A stretch of DNA of 64,000 nucleotides from the NCBI GenBank assembly GCA_040954595.2, contig CM082582.2:2774303-2838302 (forward strand), read 5' to 3'. This DNA is from Balanoglossus misakiensis. Taxonomy: Eukaryota > Animalia > Hemichordata. The notes under the pieces are model-generated. The model was given only the letters and a program-made list of their open reading frames with translations, did not search any database and was not told where the DNA came from. This document shows positions 38,901 to 52,870 of this stretch, one piece after another. The first letter of the stretch is position 1. Each line of letters opens with the position of its first letter. Both the position numbers and the translations under genes were made by a program.

Positions 38901-41345
38901 TGGTTTGGCGAAAACCCCAACGGCTTCTAGCTCATCAAACTTGTCCTGTAGTGTAATTAATGTTTCTCGGTTGTAATGAGGGAGCCGACCTTTCCTTTGT
39001 GGAGGTAATACCGGGCCCATATTGACGGTGGCTTCAATACGCCCACTAGCTCCATTATATTTAGATATTGTCGGATTGAAGACATCATCATATTGTTGAT
39101 GCAATTTGATAAATTCATCCTTAATGGAGCGTGTAAGTTGATTGTCTGGGTCAAGGGATATTCCAGATGAGAATGGTTAACGTACACCGGTACTTGGCAA
39201 AGCAGAAGTAGTGGACTGGGTACTTTTACCTGCGTCAGACAAAGGAGCAGGAGATAGTAGTCGTACTTGACAGAGGTGATCATGGCGTTTAAGTAGGATA
39301 GGTTCTGATGTCGAGTTTATAATACGTAATGTATGGTCGACAGATTGTCTTTCCTGGGTTGAGGCCAAGCAGATGTAGCTTTTATTGATTGATTCAGAGG
39401 ATTGTCGTAACGGGGTTCCAGAGCTAATAATGAATCTGGGTTACAGGAGGGGGGTGTTTCAAGTTCGATAAATTCCCCTGGAAGTAGAGTACGTTTTGAT
39501 GGACAACGGATTAAATAGGCTTGTGTACGGCGGATCGAAGCAGTGTGGTGTTGTTGCTGGCCATAATAAATAATGTCTGACCCTTTGATAACGATCTGCC
39601 TCTTAGCAGGGCGTGTAGCGATATCATTACTGACATGAAAGGGATTCCCAGCCAAGACATCAACATCAAGGTTTTCCACCACCAAAGCATCTAAAGTAAA
39701 GGTATAACTTCCTCGTGACAATTGGCAGTGAACTTCTCCAATGACATCCATTGGCGTAATCCCGTCAGCCTGGCGGGCCATCTGTGAAGCAGGGGTTATA
39801 GGTAGACCAATAGATCTAGCAAAAGCAGACTTGATCATATTTGTAGTTGCACCTGTATCAAGAGTTACCTTCACAGGATAATGCTGGTAGAATGTGTTGA
39901 GAAAGGGCGACTGAATTATATTGACACGCATGACATGTGGTTCATCGATGAGGGCATTTACAGGATTCTCGTCTGGTCTGGATTCGTAATCAACTGTATC
40001 GGAGGGATTGTAATAATCAATCTCTTCAGCATCATTCTGAACATAACGGGAGCGACTGAAGTTCGCTCTATCTTCATCTGGTAGAAATCTGCAGTCGACG
40101 AGGGAGTGTGACGTGAAATTTTGTCTACCTGCAGTTCTACATAAGATACATGATTTTACAGGCTGTCTACGACGTGGAAATGGCCGGTTTGTACGCGAAA
40201 ACGGCTTATATGGCTGCGGCTTATATGCATTAAAAATGCCGGTACGCATAACTTTGCTGTCCTCTATGCTATGCAACTCATCTAAAAGTGATGGCATTGC
40301 CTGAGAGATTTCCGGTTTAAGTGAAGCGAGCGATTTATTGCGTAAGTCAGATCCGTATTTTTGTTTGACCAGTTGAGGTAAGCCAGGGTTGACCAACTGC
40401 AGCCAAAGAAAGACAATAGTATTTTCTAAAGTTGGTGTAACATCTTCATCTGCAGTAATAACTTCACCGTGGTGAGTGATGCCACCTTCTCTGGTCAGGA
40501 GATTATCGTCATAGAATGCGACGATACGTTGATAAAGATCTTCCGGCTTTTCGTCGGGTTGTAAGCGAATGCTACTCAAATCGAGAAAGTGCGCTCCTGT
40601 TGATTGGAAGCCATAATGTTGACGAATTTTCTGCCATATGTCATTTAATGACGTCGACTGCTTTATAATAGAGTTCCTTGAGATAATCGAACAATAATTT
40701 GCTATTTGACCTAACATAAGGTCAAGATGAGCGTTTTTCTGTGCAGCAGTCTGCCTTTGGTTTTCAGGAATTGTCTCATCATCGTCAACAAGACCTCTGT
40801 AAGGATTGGCTGAGGTTTTCTTGTGCCAAGTAAATCCGTCTCTCAAAAATACTCGAAAATTCGGGTCCAGTGACAAGATGTATATCAAGTTTTGTTTCCA
40901 ATTTTCGAAGGAGTTTATGGTCTCGCACTTCGTGAGTTGCCATTGTTTCGGTGCACGAGCAGTGGCCATTGTGCATAAATTACACAAGGAACAATAGAAC
41001 TTGATGTCGATAGTTACGTAAGTACTGCAACAAGGCTATAAATAGGTACCTGAGATGGTGCCTGTGACGAATGTTTTTCCTACCGTAACGTACGTCGGTG
41101 AACTTTTCAACAGCTCAGCTTGGTTGCATTTAAATAGCCTGCACGGGTATTTGGTCCATATAGTCTTCTCTTTGTTGAAGGCTTCTTAGCGGTCGTGGAC
41201 TCGAAAACCGCTGCCACCACGGCAATAAAGACAGACCAACTTGACGTGCAATGAACTGCAACCGTTTAATAGCGATCAATAATAATAGACAACGAACAGC
41301 AAACACACATACTTAGTAAATAACATTACCATAACAATGTAACGT
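35918..41345 (-). mobile_element. Gypsy/Ty3 LTR retrotransposon with near-complete gag-pol; LTRs truncated
   Basis: ORF 40987-39317 (gag, LDTGA protease) and ORF 39104-36009 (RT KTDLNQAYYQ/IADD, RNase H VTDGS/CEIEAL/LTDS, integrase HHCC then AADI, RIDSG, AENAMKE) in Gypsy domain order. 1-bp deletion near 39356 and TAA at 39177. Confidence 0.95.
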
Positions 41346-44300
41346 GTTGGCGGAAGGTCTGAAGAAATTAGACCAGTTAGTGCGACACGCAATCAATTTG
41401 GATTTTCCAGAACGAGTCATTGATGATAAAAGAGAGCATTCACAGGAGGACAAGAAGTTCCTGAATGAAGTGAACAAGTCAATCAAACTCAAAGATGGAC
41501 ATTACGAAATTGGATTACCATTTCGTAGTGAAGAAGTCAGACTACCCAACAATGAGCAGTATGCTCTGAATCGCCTGAAGTCACTTGAGAGGAAATTCAG
41601 AAGAAATCCCAAGTTCCGGGAGGACTATAAGAAGTTCATGTCAGATATAATTGACTAGGGCTACGCTGTCAAAGTTCAGCAAGAGAGGCCACAGCAAGAC
41701 GATGGGAGGATATGGTATATACCTCATCACGGAGTCTATCACCCAAAGAAGCCAGAGAAGATCCGTGTTGTCTTTGACTGTTCGGCGAAGTTCCAGGGGA
41801 TATCTCTCAATGACCTATTATTACAAGGGCCGGATCTGACTAACAATCTTGTCGGTGTGCTGTTGCGATTTCGTCAGGAACCAGTAGCGCTGATGGCAGA
41901 CATAGAAGCAATGTTTCACCAAGTACAGGTGCCCAAAGAAGACAGTGATTGTCTACGCTTCTATTGGTGGCCTGAGGGAAACATTAACAGCCAGCCAGAA
42001 GTCTACCAAATGCGGGTTCATCTATTTGGAGCAGTATCATCTCCAAGTTGTGCGAATACAGCCCTACACAGAACTGCTCAAGACAACAGCCACAGATTCA
42101 ATACTGAAGTCATCGACACCATTATGAGAAATTTCTACGTGGACGACTGTCTCAAGTCAGTGAGTAGTGTGCCCGAAGCTATGAAGTTAGCACAAGAACT
42201 GACAGCAGCTTGCCAGATGGGAGGCTTTCGTCTGACGAAGTGGATCAGTAGCAGTCGTGAGGTCTTGGAATCTATTCCCGTACAAGAGAGAGGCAAAGAA
42301 GTTAAGCAACTGAAGCTCGACTATGATGACCTGCCAACCGAACGTGCTCTAGGGGTGTATTGGTCGGTCGAACCAGACACTCTGGGATTTAAAATAGACA
42401 TCCAAGACAGACCTGTAAGCAGAAGGGGCATATTATCAGTCGTCAGTTCGGTCTACGATCCGCTGGGATTAGCATCACCGTTCATACTGCCAGCGAGAAT
42501 ATTACTACAGGATCTGTGCCACCGAAATCTCGGATGGGACCAGACGATCAGTCAAGGAGATCAGAAGAGATGGCGACAATGGCTAACCGATCTCCCACAA
42601 CTAGAAGAACTGTCAGTAGATAGATGCTTCAAGCAGGCTGATTTTGGAGAGGTGAAGCGGTGTGAAGTACATCATTTTTCCGATGCAAGTCAGCATGGGT
42701 ATGGAACTGCGTCCTATGTTCGCCTGATGAATGAAGACAGAGAAATTCACTGCGCTCTACTGATGGGAAAAGCCAGAGTGGCACCACTCAAGAAGACCAC
42801 CATTCCTCGTTTGGAATTGATGGCAGCTACCGTGGCAGTCAGAATGAACAAGTTGTTGGAGAGGGAGTTGGATCAGCGTATAGATGCGGTATATTTCTGG
42901 ACAGACAGCATGTCAGTACTGAGATACATCGCCAACGAGACCACCCGTTTCCACACCTTTGTTTCAAATCGAATCAACATAATTCGTGAAGGTTCGGAAA
43001 TGCACCAATGGAAGTACGTAAACACACAGTCTAACCCGGCTGACGATGCTTCCAGAGGGCTGACTGTACACCAGTTTCTCCGAAACAAGAGATGGATAGA
43101 AGGCCCAGCGTTCCAGAAACAGATAAACGCCGTAATAGCAGACACATCCACACTGGTGATTGATGACATCATATCACGTGTTTCCGTCTGGAAGAAACTC
43201 AAGAAGACAGTGGGATGGATTCTTTTGGCGAAGGAAAAGCTAAGAAGATTAGTTCAACAGAAAAGGATGCTGAGAGAAAATCTCGATGAAGAACCTGAGA
43301 CGAAAGGTAAAGAAGAGCTCAGCAAAGAAAAGATGAGAAAGAGGGGAAGTAAGGAGGAAAGTGAAATTCCAGCACTCCCATTCGAAATGTTACAAGAAGC
43401 AGAGAAGGCGATTATACGCTACACACAACATTGTCACTTCCCGGAAGAAGTCACCGCCCTACAGAAAGGTGAAGAAGTGAAGAAATCCAGCCCGCTTTAC
43501 AAGCTGGATCCGATGCTGAAAGATGGGATAATACGTGTTGGCGGACGTCTTGAGCGAGCGTCACTACCAGAAGAAAGCAAGCACCCAATGGTCCTCCCAA
43601 GGGACACTCCAGTATCGAGACTCATCTGAGAAGAGATACATCGTGCGGTCGGACATATGGGAAGAAACTCAATGTTGGCGAGACTAAGGGAGAAGTTTTG
43701 GATCCTGCGAGCAAACACTGCAGTCCGTAGCATTATAGCAAAATGCGTGATCTGTCGAAGATACAGAGCGAAGGTCGGTGAGCAGAAAATGGCAGACCTG
43801 CCGGCAGACCGCATCACACCAGAAGAAGCACCATTCACGAGAACAGGTGTAGACTACTTCGGCCCGTTGGAAGTCAAGCGTGGTCGCAGCACTGTGAAGA
43901 GGTATGGAGTGATCTTTACTTGTTTGGCGACACGGGCTGTACATCTCGAAGTGGCACACTCGCTAGATACAGACTCATGCATCAACAGCCTTCGACGATT
44001 TACAGCAAGAAGAGGACAAGTGACAGTGATCAGATCTGATAACGGAACCAATTTCGTCGGTGCCAATCGTGAACTACACGAAGAAATTGAGAAGTGGAAT
44101 CACCACAAAATATCTGAAGCCCTATATCAACACAGTGTGAAGTGGGAGTTCAACCCCCCAGCGGCATCTCACTTCGGAGGAATATGGGAACGTCAGATCA
44201 GAACCATACGGAAGATATTGTTCTCCTTGATGAAAGAACAGGCTATTCGTTTAGATGATGAAGCGCTGCAGACGTTGTTCTGTGAAGTTGAAGCCATTAT

Positions 44301-44739
44301 CAACAGTCGCCCCATCACCAAGCTATCTGATGATCCGAATGATCTTGAAGTTCTCACACCGAATCATCTACTGATGTTGCAGCCCACACAGAATCTACCA
44401 CCTGGTATATTTTGCAAGAACGACAACTACGCTCGTCGCAGGTGGCGCCAAGTACAGTACCTGGCAGACATATTTTGGAAGAGATGGGTTAAAGAATATC
44501 TCCCCCTGCTGCAGGAAAGGCAGAAGTGGCTCAAACCCAGGAGAAATCTCACCGTGGGGGACGTGGTCTTGATTGTGGACAACTCTGCACCAAGAAATTC
44601 CTGGCCCCTAGGAGTGGTCATCGATGTGAAAAGAGACAAGAAGGGATTTGTGCGTGTTGCAACGGTGAAGACCAAAACATCGACCCTGGATCGACCAGTG
44701 GACAAATTGTGTGTGCTGTTGGAAGCTGATGTGGTATAG
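41344..44739 (+). mobile_element. BEL/Pao pol; right-arm copy
   Basis: Same motifs as the left copy. Shared stop at 41656, private TGA at 43627 and a private 75-bp in-frame deletion near 43113. Confidence 0.95.
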
Positions 44740-45899
44740 AAACGACTGAAAAGTGGACACATGCAGCTAAGTGGCAATGACAATATACACTACAGACTGA
44801 ATGTCCTGTTCTACCTGGCGCGCCTGCTCCTGAACGCAGCAAGCCAGGTGGCTCGCCTGGCTCGCCAGGCCCGGTGAGCGTGTTTGCTGAGCGCGCCAGG
44901 CTTGAATCCTGAATATTCATGAGCTACCTGGCTTGCATGGCCAGCCCGGTCACAGGAAGCGCGCTTGTTTACCTGGCGCGCTAGACTTGCTCCTTGTCTA
45001 TTGGCTTCATTATGTGTAGGGAACGCGTAGGCCCACGCTAGCACTTCGTGTTTCTTGCTAACAGGGGATTAGCCCGCAGAATCTGTGTGCGTCCACACTC
45101 TAAACGGACATATTGAGATCAACGCCGTCTAAATGGCAATGTTTAGGAACACGGCAACTAACAAAAAATGAGGACGTCGAGGACATGTAATTGCAACATA
45201 TCTCAGTTTCTATATGTACCTGGATATGCGTTCTAGACGACTTTGTCGTCTTCTTCATGACCGTTTTGATATCGTTTAGAAGTACCGGATGTTAATCCAC
45301 ACATCGAAAACGCCTCGTCTTTTCGGCGATCAAAAGAACCTAAATTAAAGTTGGTGGCGGACAGAAATGTTGCAGACCCGGCTAACCACGAGTGGTTAGA
45401 AAACCACTCGCGTCCAGTGTGATTGACTCAACAATGGAAACTGACCCAAGACAATAGGTTACCTAGATAAACATAATCAAAAGTCACGACAGGGTTGTGC
45501 TTTGCGTTCTCACTGTATATTTGCTTCGGTCTGGATCTGAACCACCCGTCATCGCTGTCGAAAATTAACACCGGCGCAGCACAGGCGAAAAGCATTCTCC
45601 GTCGGAGTCGTATCTGAATCGTTGCTACACCAGTACTACACCGTTGAAAACTCTCCTTCTCAACATAAGTTTTATTTCAGACTAGGCATTCAGGGAGGGG
45701 CGTTTAATTCACTACGAACAAAATGTGTCAGTTTTCTTTATTAAGCATTTAAAACCATAGTACCTCCATGTTAAAACACAATTACACTACATTAGTTGTA
45801 CAAATGCAAGGGAACATTTCCTTTCTGAACGAGAGAATGACAATCCGACAAACATGCTGATAAAGCCCCCCCCCCCAAAAAAAAAAAAAAAAACATAAA

Positions 45900-46635
45900 C
45901 GGCGGAGAGCTTTATCGATTGACTTGATGCACTGTTTTGACCACACGTCGCGCTCGGCGGATCGCGGAAAATCGTGGGATAATATTACCATGGCTTGTGC
46001 GTCGCATTTTAATTGGTCGAGATGAACGACGTCACTGACCACAAATACTCAGTAATGGTTTGTTTACATCCCCGTAAATCTGAATAGTAATATTAGCAAA
46101 CAGTTCAGTGAATACAAAATTTTGCGTAACACAAGTTCCGGGGCCCCTAGTGGGACATTTTCGTAAATTTTGACGGTTTTCTTGATTTTGTTGGTAATAT
46201 AATGGAAATAACCGACTCCATTATTTCTAAAATATTTTTGGAAAGTTGCTCCTTCAACTTTCTTAAGCCTTCTGGGACTTAACTTCAATTTCTGTTTGGT
46301 ACCCCCAAACACACGCCCTGTGCAATTACGTCCGGCGCGTTCACTCGGCGAATAAACCATAAACACAAGGTTCTTGGCAAAGTTGCCTATAGAGCAACTT
46401 ACGACCTTACACCGGTCTATATATGATTCTGGTATGAGAACATCCCCGGTGATAGGAGGGAACCATAGTGGAGGCGGAGTAGTCTCAATCATCCCCGTTG
46501 TCTGCGGAGACGTGAGAATCGGCTGTACTGCCGGCTGTAGTGTAGTTTGGAACGGTGGTGTAATATCAGCGGCTGGGCGTGGTGGGAGTGGTGTTGGTGA
46601 CAAGGTGGGCGGCTGGTGGAATCGGCGGGGGCATG
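45900..46635 (-). pseudogene. BEN-domain protein fragment carried by the CACTA element, interrupted by an insertion
   Basis: Pro/Thr-rich linker, then SCSIGNFAKNLVFMVYSPSERAGRNCTG...KLSPRRLKKVEGATFQKYF. It continues after a 256-bp insert as PRSAERDVWSKQCIKSIDKALRR, matching the BEN consensus pattern. Confidence 0.7.
45973..46228. mobile_element. 256-bp hairpin + IR insertion inside the BEN coding region
   Basis: Flanked by an aaaat duplication (45968-45972, 46229-46233). IR atattacca / tggtaatat and a small terminal hairpin ataatgga...tccattat. Removing it restores FQKYFPRSAE. Confidence 0.7.
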
Positions 46636-48338
46636 TTCATAGTGCCTGATCGAATGAATTGAACGATCGTTACACACATTATTGTCGCGGTGAACGGACG
46701 CGCGTATACGTGTTGTCGATCACAGACAACAGTGTGGTCGATACTCTGACTGATTTGTCTTAGTTTCTCTGTTTGGGAAATGGATGAAGTCACATTATTG
46801 TGCTTTGTAAGACGCAACTTACAATACTAGTATGTATCTAATATTTGAGTCATAGATTGTTCTTGTTTTCATGAGCCTGACACTCAGAACTATGACCCTA
46901 GGGTCCTAGTGACCGGCGCATCAAATTGTATTTTTAAAACAAACCACAGACAAAAATGTACTGACTTCAGAAGTTTTTGTTCATTGAGTTCACACATATT
47001 TTATTTTGAAGTACTGACGAACAAAAAGGTGATAACAACCTGAAGAACGTGGCTGGCCGAGCATAAACATGTAACACCCGTGGACGCTGGGAGATACAGT
47101 ACAGAGAAAGCGGGTAGATTTTTACTCTGAAACAAAGATAAGCTTTAATAGATGCAGTGTATCACTATTTCCTAAATTTACATCACGACCGCGCAACGTA
47201 ACTGCGGTCCATTGCATGTAAGTGTGCGGGCATCTACACCAAAAACAGCGACACGGTGCCGTTACAATTATTCCAGCTAAATATAAACACAAGAAAACAC
47301 GAATCGCGATCTGTGGATTCCCTGGATATGATTTTGAATCTGCAATAGACTCTATAGTTTTGGAGATCATGTTGAGGAGAAAAACTTGATCGCACAAATT
47401 AGTGAAAAATACATTTATGGGGTAGCCGGTACGATCCTACTGACCAAAGGCTACCTCCCGGGGCCCACCCCATTAACACCTGTGATTTACTAATATGCAG
47501 GCTAGTCACCAGTAGGCTTTCTTTTTCCTATTATGCTGATTATTCTTCATTGTTGATTTCATATGAGTATCAATGCGTATGACTGCTCGCAGTATACTCT
47601 CGGTCTTGATTGTTCTGACTTTTTCGTCCATAAATCTGACTACGTCCGCGACCCTTGTGGAGTGACCGTGATTCGACCAAGCGAAAATAGCTACCCATCA
47701 CTCTAATTATTGCAGCTATGCTAGTTATAAACACAATCGCAATTTTGATCGTGACATAGGCCATATATACTTTTAAATTTAAAAGGGAAAAGGAAACTTT
47801 TACTTTTGATGCATTAATTTACGAGCAGTGATTTAAGTGTGAAAAATAAAAGTACGTTCGAAGCCCTCGCTGTTTCTTCTGACAGCGGTATAGCCTCAGC
47901 GGGTTTTCCCGCTCTGCACTCGGATAGAAAGCAGAAAATCCACAATGTCTGACAGGTGACAGGTAGTAACTCGGATAGAAAGCAGAAATATAAGGAAAAT
48001 CCACAATGTCTGACAGGTGGTCAGTTTGTACAATGAGTAACTCTCATGACGAATCCTTTATCTTCGAAAGAGACCACTTCAAATTGGGAGAAACAATTAG
48101 GTGTTAACGATAATGGCGTTGCTTTGTTGTTTTTTCTGTGCTGAAAGGCATTTTTGTATTGGGGTAAAGAAAATTGTGTACAAATTATTACACGTCACAT
48201 TTGTCGACTCCTGTATTTCAAAACACACGGTACCACAAACGAGAACATGCACCGTCTCCCCTCACTGCCAGTCCCACTGACATCGCCCCTTTACTGAACT
48301 AGGCAACAATGAGTCAGGTTGGGCCATTACCGATAAGC

Positions 48339-48443
48339 ACCGAAACGACTGGGGTGTTGGGGCCGAACAGACCGGGGTCGTGAAAATTGGGGGCCGAAAC
48401 GATTGGGATCGAAAATCTTTTGGGCCGAAACGACCTGTTACCG
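48339..48443. repeat. Short tandem ggggccgaaacgac-like repeats, probably a MITE end
   Basis: Four degenerate gccgaaacga motifs ending in gacctgttaccg. Confidence 0.45.
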
Positions 48444-50027
48444 TATTGACAAACAGATAATCCTCGCAAAGTTCGGTCGTATTTAAAGTACAAAGGATCT
48501 TTTCCTTTTTGTTGTTGTTGCTCGATGGATCATTATTCAGAAGGTCTATATTTGAACATGCACGTCTCTATGGCTTCTCAGTGTACATGTACAGTATATA
48601 TAGACTGTGCCGCGTCGATGGTTCCTGGTCATTTGTTCGTGTGGCAACGAGTTTCAATAAGTTATATTTGCATATCGAGAGAGTGTGTTCTGCATTAAAG
48701 TTTCCGCCCCAAGCACTAGATTACTGAATAAGTTCAGAGCTGATTCTCGACTTTAGTAGTTCCGACATCGATGCATTTTCCCGTTTTGCTGTTTTTTTGT
48801 ACTTGAGGACATTTTTATTCTACTCTGATGTGACTTGTCCCTATTATTTTTCGCATGTTCTAAAATAAAAAAGAAATGTTACTTCACAATAGTGTCATAC
48901 ATGTATGTGTGCACCTGTATCTAACTCACTGACGGTGAGTTTAAGATCTACTTAAACTGGCATTGAATATGGCTGGAGTCTTTGCAATAGTTTGACAGAA
49001 TGAGCACAAGCTAGACATTTCATAGTTATTCAGGAGTGCTTGTTTGATGCGGATTGTATGTTGTTACATGGAGGTGGGACGGAGAGGAACTACACCTGCT
49101 ACTCTTGTTTTTGAGGCAAGTCTGTGATTTCACTTGTTTACCGAGTAAACACGACTGTTTATTGGCAAGGCTAATCGCATGTGGCTGACAACAAAAGGAA
49201 ATCAATAAAATAAAAGTTTGATACACGAAGAATGCAATCAGAACACAATATACATTATATTGTTTTGAGAATATCCATCTAATTTATCAGGCGATGAAAC
49301 AGGTAGAGAGTCCCTGCGTTAGACCATAGCTACGCGCGATTGTACAATCATGTATTAAAACAAACATGGCGTCGATCGACGACATCACATCACGAAGAGA
49401 GATCGAGTCACAGTCCGATCGAATAATGGAGGTAGAACCTCGGGCAAACGCGAACGATCTTACATGTTTGCTAACTTTGATGATTAGGTTGCAATGATCA
49501 ATCTAGGCCCGATCAAGAAGACTGAGCTAGAATTTGTCGTGGTAAACCATGACACATTGATTACATCTCGGACACATGCAGACCATCTCTTTTTACGTCC
49601 ATGTGCAGACACACACGAAACGTCTAAACATGGTCTAATTTATTCCGACGGGTGACATGCTAGCCCAATTCTTAACTCCAGAATTCTCAAACATGCCCTC
49701 TTCTCATTCTAAGACTGACAGACTTCTCATGTGTTCATTCGGGCCCGCCAAACACAGCAAGCGCAGCGGGCCCATGGGCTAGCTGGGCCCGGTGGGCCCG
49801 AATGCGGGCCCACCAAACACATTTAATTAGCAAGCCCTGCGGGCCCATGGGCCTGCTGGGCCCGGAGGGACCGAGCCCCCTGGCGCGCGCAGCAAGCCAC
49901 TGAGCGCGCCAGGCAAGCGCGCCATGTGCAGGACATTCAGTCTGTAGTGTATGTTTGACAATTTTTGGACCTATTACTAGTTTTGTAATTGCTCAGAAAG
50001 CATTTCCTTACAATTAGGGGACCGGAA

Positions 50028-51016
50028 TGTTACGGCCAAAAATATTTAGCTTAAAGTAGCAGTTTTATTCCTATGGTTTCTGTTTGACTTAAATTTGCTT
50101 AGTATCGACACTAGGTCAAGGCACTTGTATAACGGTGACTCATACTTCCTGTCAAGGGCATTACCCCCATTACGTAATACCATATCAAAGTTCAACTTCA
50201 GTCAAGTGTAAGTACTAGGTTTCAGAAGCACATGGGTTTTCAAAGAGCAAGCATTGTGCTGAAGAGAGAGTGTCGGTTTTGTGCTTCTAACACACTCAAA
50301 AGGGGACGGACCAGTCCATGAATTGTATTGTTTTGATGGGCTAACAGCCAGGAGGTCACATAATTCTGGTAAGCCTATTTTCGAGCCAAAATATTCTGTA
50401 GAAATCAAGTTTTATTCGTGGACTGTGAGTACCACACAAGTTGGCCATTCTCTCCTGGCAGAGATGGCATGTGGCAATTTTCAAATCAGTTTTACACATC
50501 ATATTTCATACCAAGAGACTTTCCACGGACTCTGATTTAGACAGTTCATCGGACACAAGTTGCTTTTTGACTTCAGTGATGTATTTTATAGATTTAGAGT
50601 TTCTTCTGTTTGAAAGTGCTTTATGCATAATTAATTAGGCTTTGGAATGCAAAGTACTTTAGAAGGGGCAAGTGCATGCTTCTTGCCTCTAGAGGGCGCC
50701 ATACATAAGAGGCCATGGTTCAAGGTGGTAAACTTGACCTTTGAATCCTCGAGTTGTGTAACAGTGACAAATACTTGTGTAGTGTATTATTTTATTTTAT
50801 TTTCAGTCAATCGTTCTACGTTCCACGTCTTTAAGTTTACCGTTCCACGTCTATGTATAGTGTCGAATAAACCCCGTGACAAAGAATTTGACACTAGCAG
50901 TGATTTGTTAAAGAGCGACGCATTGCGGAGAGATCTACCCTGACTGTTTACCCCAAGCAGTGCGCAGCAGACTATATAGTTGGCCATAAAAGGAAGTCTG
51001 TTTGTGTGCCGCTACA
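50028..51016 (+). mobile_element. BEL/Pao 3' LTR (989 bp); right-arm copy
   Basis: Purine-rich tract aattaggggaccggaa, then TGTTACGGCC...GCCGCTACA; abuts the satellite at cggcctaaat. Confidence 0.9.
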
Positions 51017-52870
51017 CGGCCTAAATAACGACTTTTTCGCTCCTTGGTTGGTCATTCGGACGGAAAGACACGGTTTTAGCGAGTTTATCTTTCTCTCTCC
51101 TGAGCACTCCGTATTCAGACTTGCCAAAGTGAAGCGCGACAAAAATATGACCATGTTTCCCTGCATGTTTTATTTACCCGACAGATAAAAACGCAGCGTT
51201 GATATTGAAATGAATTGGCTTTATGAAAATGATAGAAATTACAATAATAATGTCGTTAAAAATTCTCACAAAAAAAAAAGAAATAAAAAAGTGGTCTCGA
51301 ACCAACATCAGTTGACACCTTCAGGTAAAAGGGTAGCCTTCCTGAACCATTCGCCATCACGATGTGTACTCGAAAAAGTCGGAAATTTTCCGCACTATAT
51401 TGCAGCATAACTCCAATGATCTTATTTGCACCGCAGCGGTGCAAATAAGAGTTCCCTGCACCGCAACGATCTGACCGTTCTTTATTCACTCCTCGGCGAC
51501 AAAAACGTTTTATTACGGCCTAAATAACGACTTTTTCGTTCCTTGGTTGGTCATTCGGACGGAAAGACACGGTTTAAGCGAGTTTATCTTTCTCTCTCTT
51601 GAGCACTCCGTATTCAGACATGCCCAAGTGAAGCGCGACAAAAATATGACCATGTTTCCCTGCATGTTTTATTTACCTGACAGATAAAAACGCAGCGTTG
51701 ATATTGAAATGAATTGGCTTTATGAAAATGATAAAAATTACAATAATAATGTCGTTAAAAATTCTCACAAAAAAAAAGAAATAAAAAAGTGGTCTCGAAC
51801 CAACATCAGTTGACACCTTCAGGTAAAAGGGTAGCCTTCCTGAACCATTCGCCATCACGATGTGTACTCGAAAAAGTAGGAAATTTTCCGCACTATATTG
51901 CAGCATAACTCCAATGATCTTATTTGCACCGCAGCGGTGCAAATAAGAGTTCCCTGCACCGCAGTGGTGCAAATATAAGTTACCTGCACCGCAACGATCT
52001 GACCGTTCTTTATTCACTCCTCGGCGACAAAAACGTTTTATTACGGCCTAAATAACGACTTATTCGCTCCTTGGTTGGTCATGCGGACGGAAAGACACAG
52101 TTTTAGCGAGTTTATCTTTCTCTCTCCTGAGCACTCCGTATTCAGACTTGCCAAAGTGAACCGCGACAAAAATATGACCATGTTTCCCTGCATGTTTCTT
52201 TTACCCGACAGATAAAAAACGCAGCGTTGATATTGAAATGAATTGGCTTTATGAAAATGATAAAAATTACACTGATAATGTCGTTAAAAATTCTCACAAA
52301 AAAAAATAGAAAAAAAAGTGGTCTCGAACCAACATCAGTTAACACCTTCAGGTAAAAGGCTAGCCTTCCTGAACCATTCGCCATCACGATGTGTACTCGA
52401 AAAAGTCGGAAATTTTCCGCACTATATTGCATCATAACTCCAATGATCTAATTTGCACCGCAGCGGTGCAAAATAAGAGTCCCCTGCACCGCAACGATCT
52501 GACCGTTATTTATTCACTCCTCGGCGACAAAAACGTTTTATTACGGCCTAAATAACGACTGTTTCGTTCCTTGGTTGGTCATTCGGTCGGCAAGACACGG
52601 TTTTAGCGAGTTTATCTTTCTCTCTTCTGAGCACTCCGTATTCAGACTTGCCCAAGTGAACTGCGACAAAAAATGACCAAGTTTCCGTGCATATTTCTTA
52701 TACCCGACAGATAAAAAACGCAGCGTAGATATTGAAATGAATTGGATTTATGAAAATGATAAAAATTAAAATGATAATGTCGTTAAATGTTCTCACAAAA
52801 AAAAAGAAATAGAATAAAAAGTGGTCTCGAACCAACATCAGTTGACACCTTCAGGTAAAAGGCTAGCCTT
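51017..52870 (-). repeat. Satellite array, ~500/530-bp unit, ~3.7 copies
   Basis: ctccaatgat recurs at ~51411, 51909 and 52438; reverse complement of the left array. Confidence 0.97.

Larger units (their letters stand above)
44788..49949. mobile_element. CACTA/EnSpm (CMC)-type non-autonomous DNA transposon, 5162 bp
   Basis: Perfect 21-bp TIR cactacagactgaatgtcctg (44788-44808 / 49929-49949) and a 2-bp TA duplication confirmed by the empty site in the left arm (~29921-29930). GC-rich subterminal repeats (ggcgcgc, gggccc). Confidence 0.9.
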
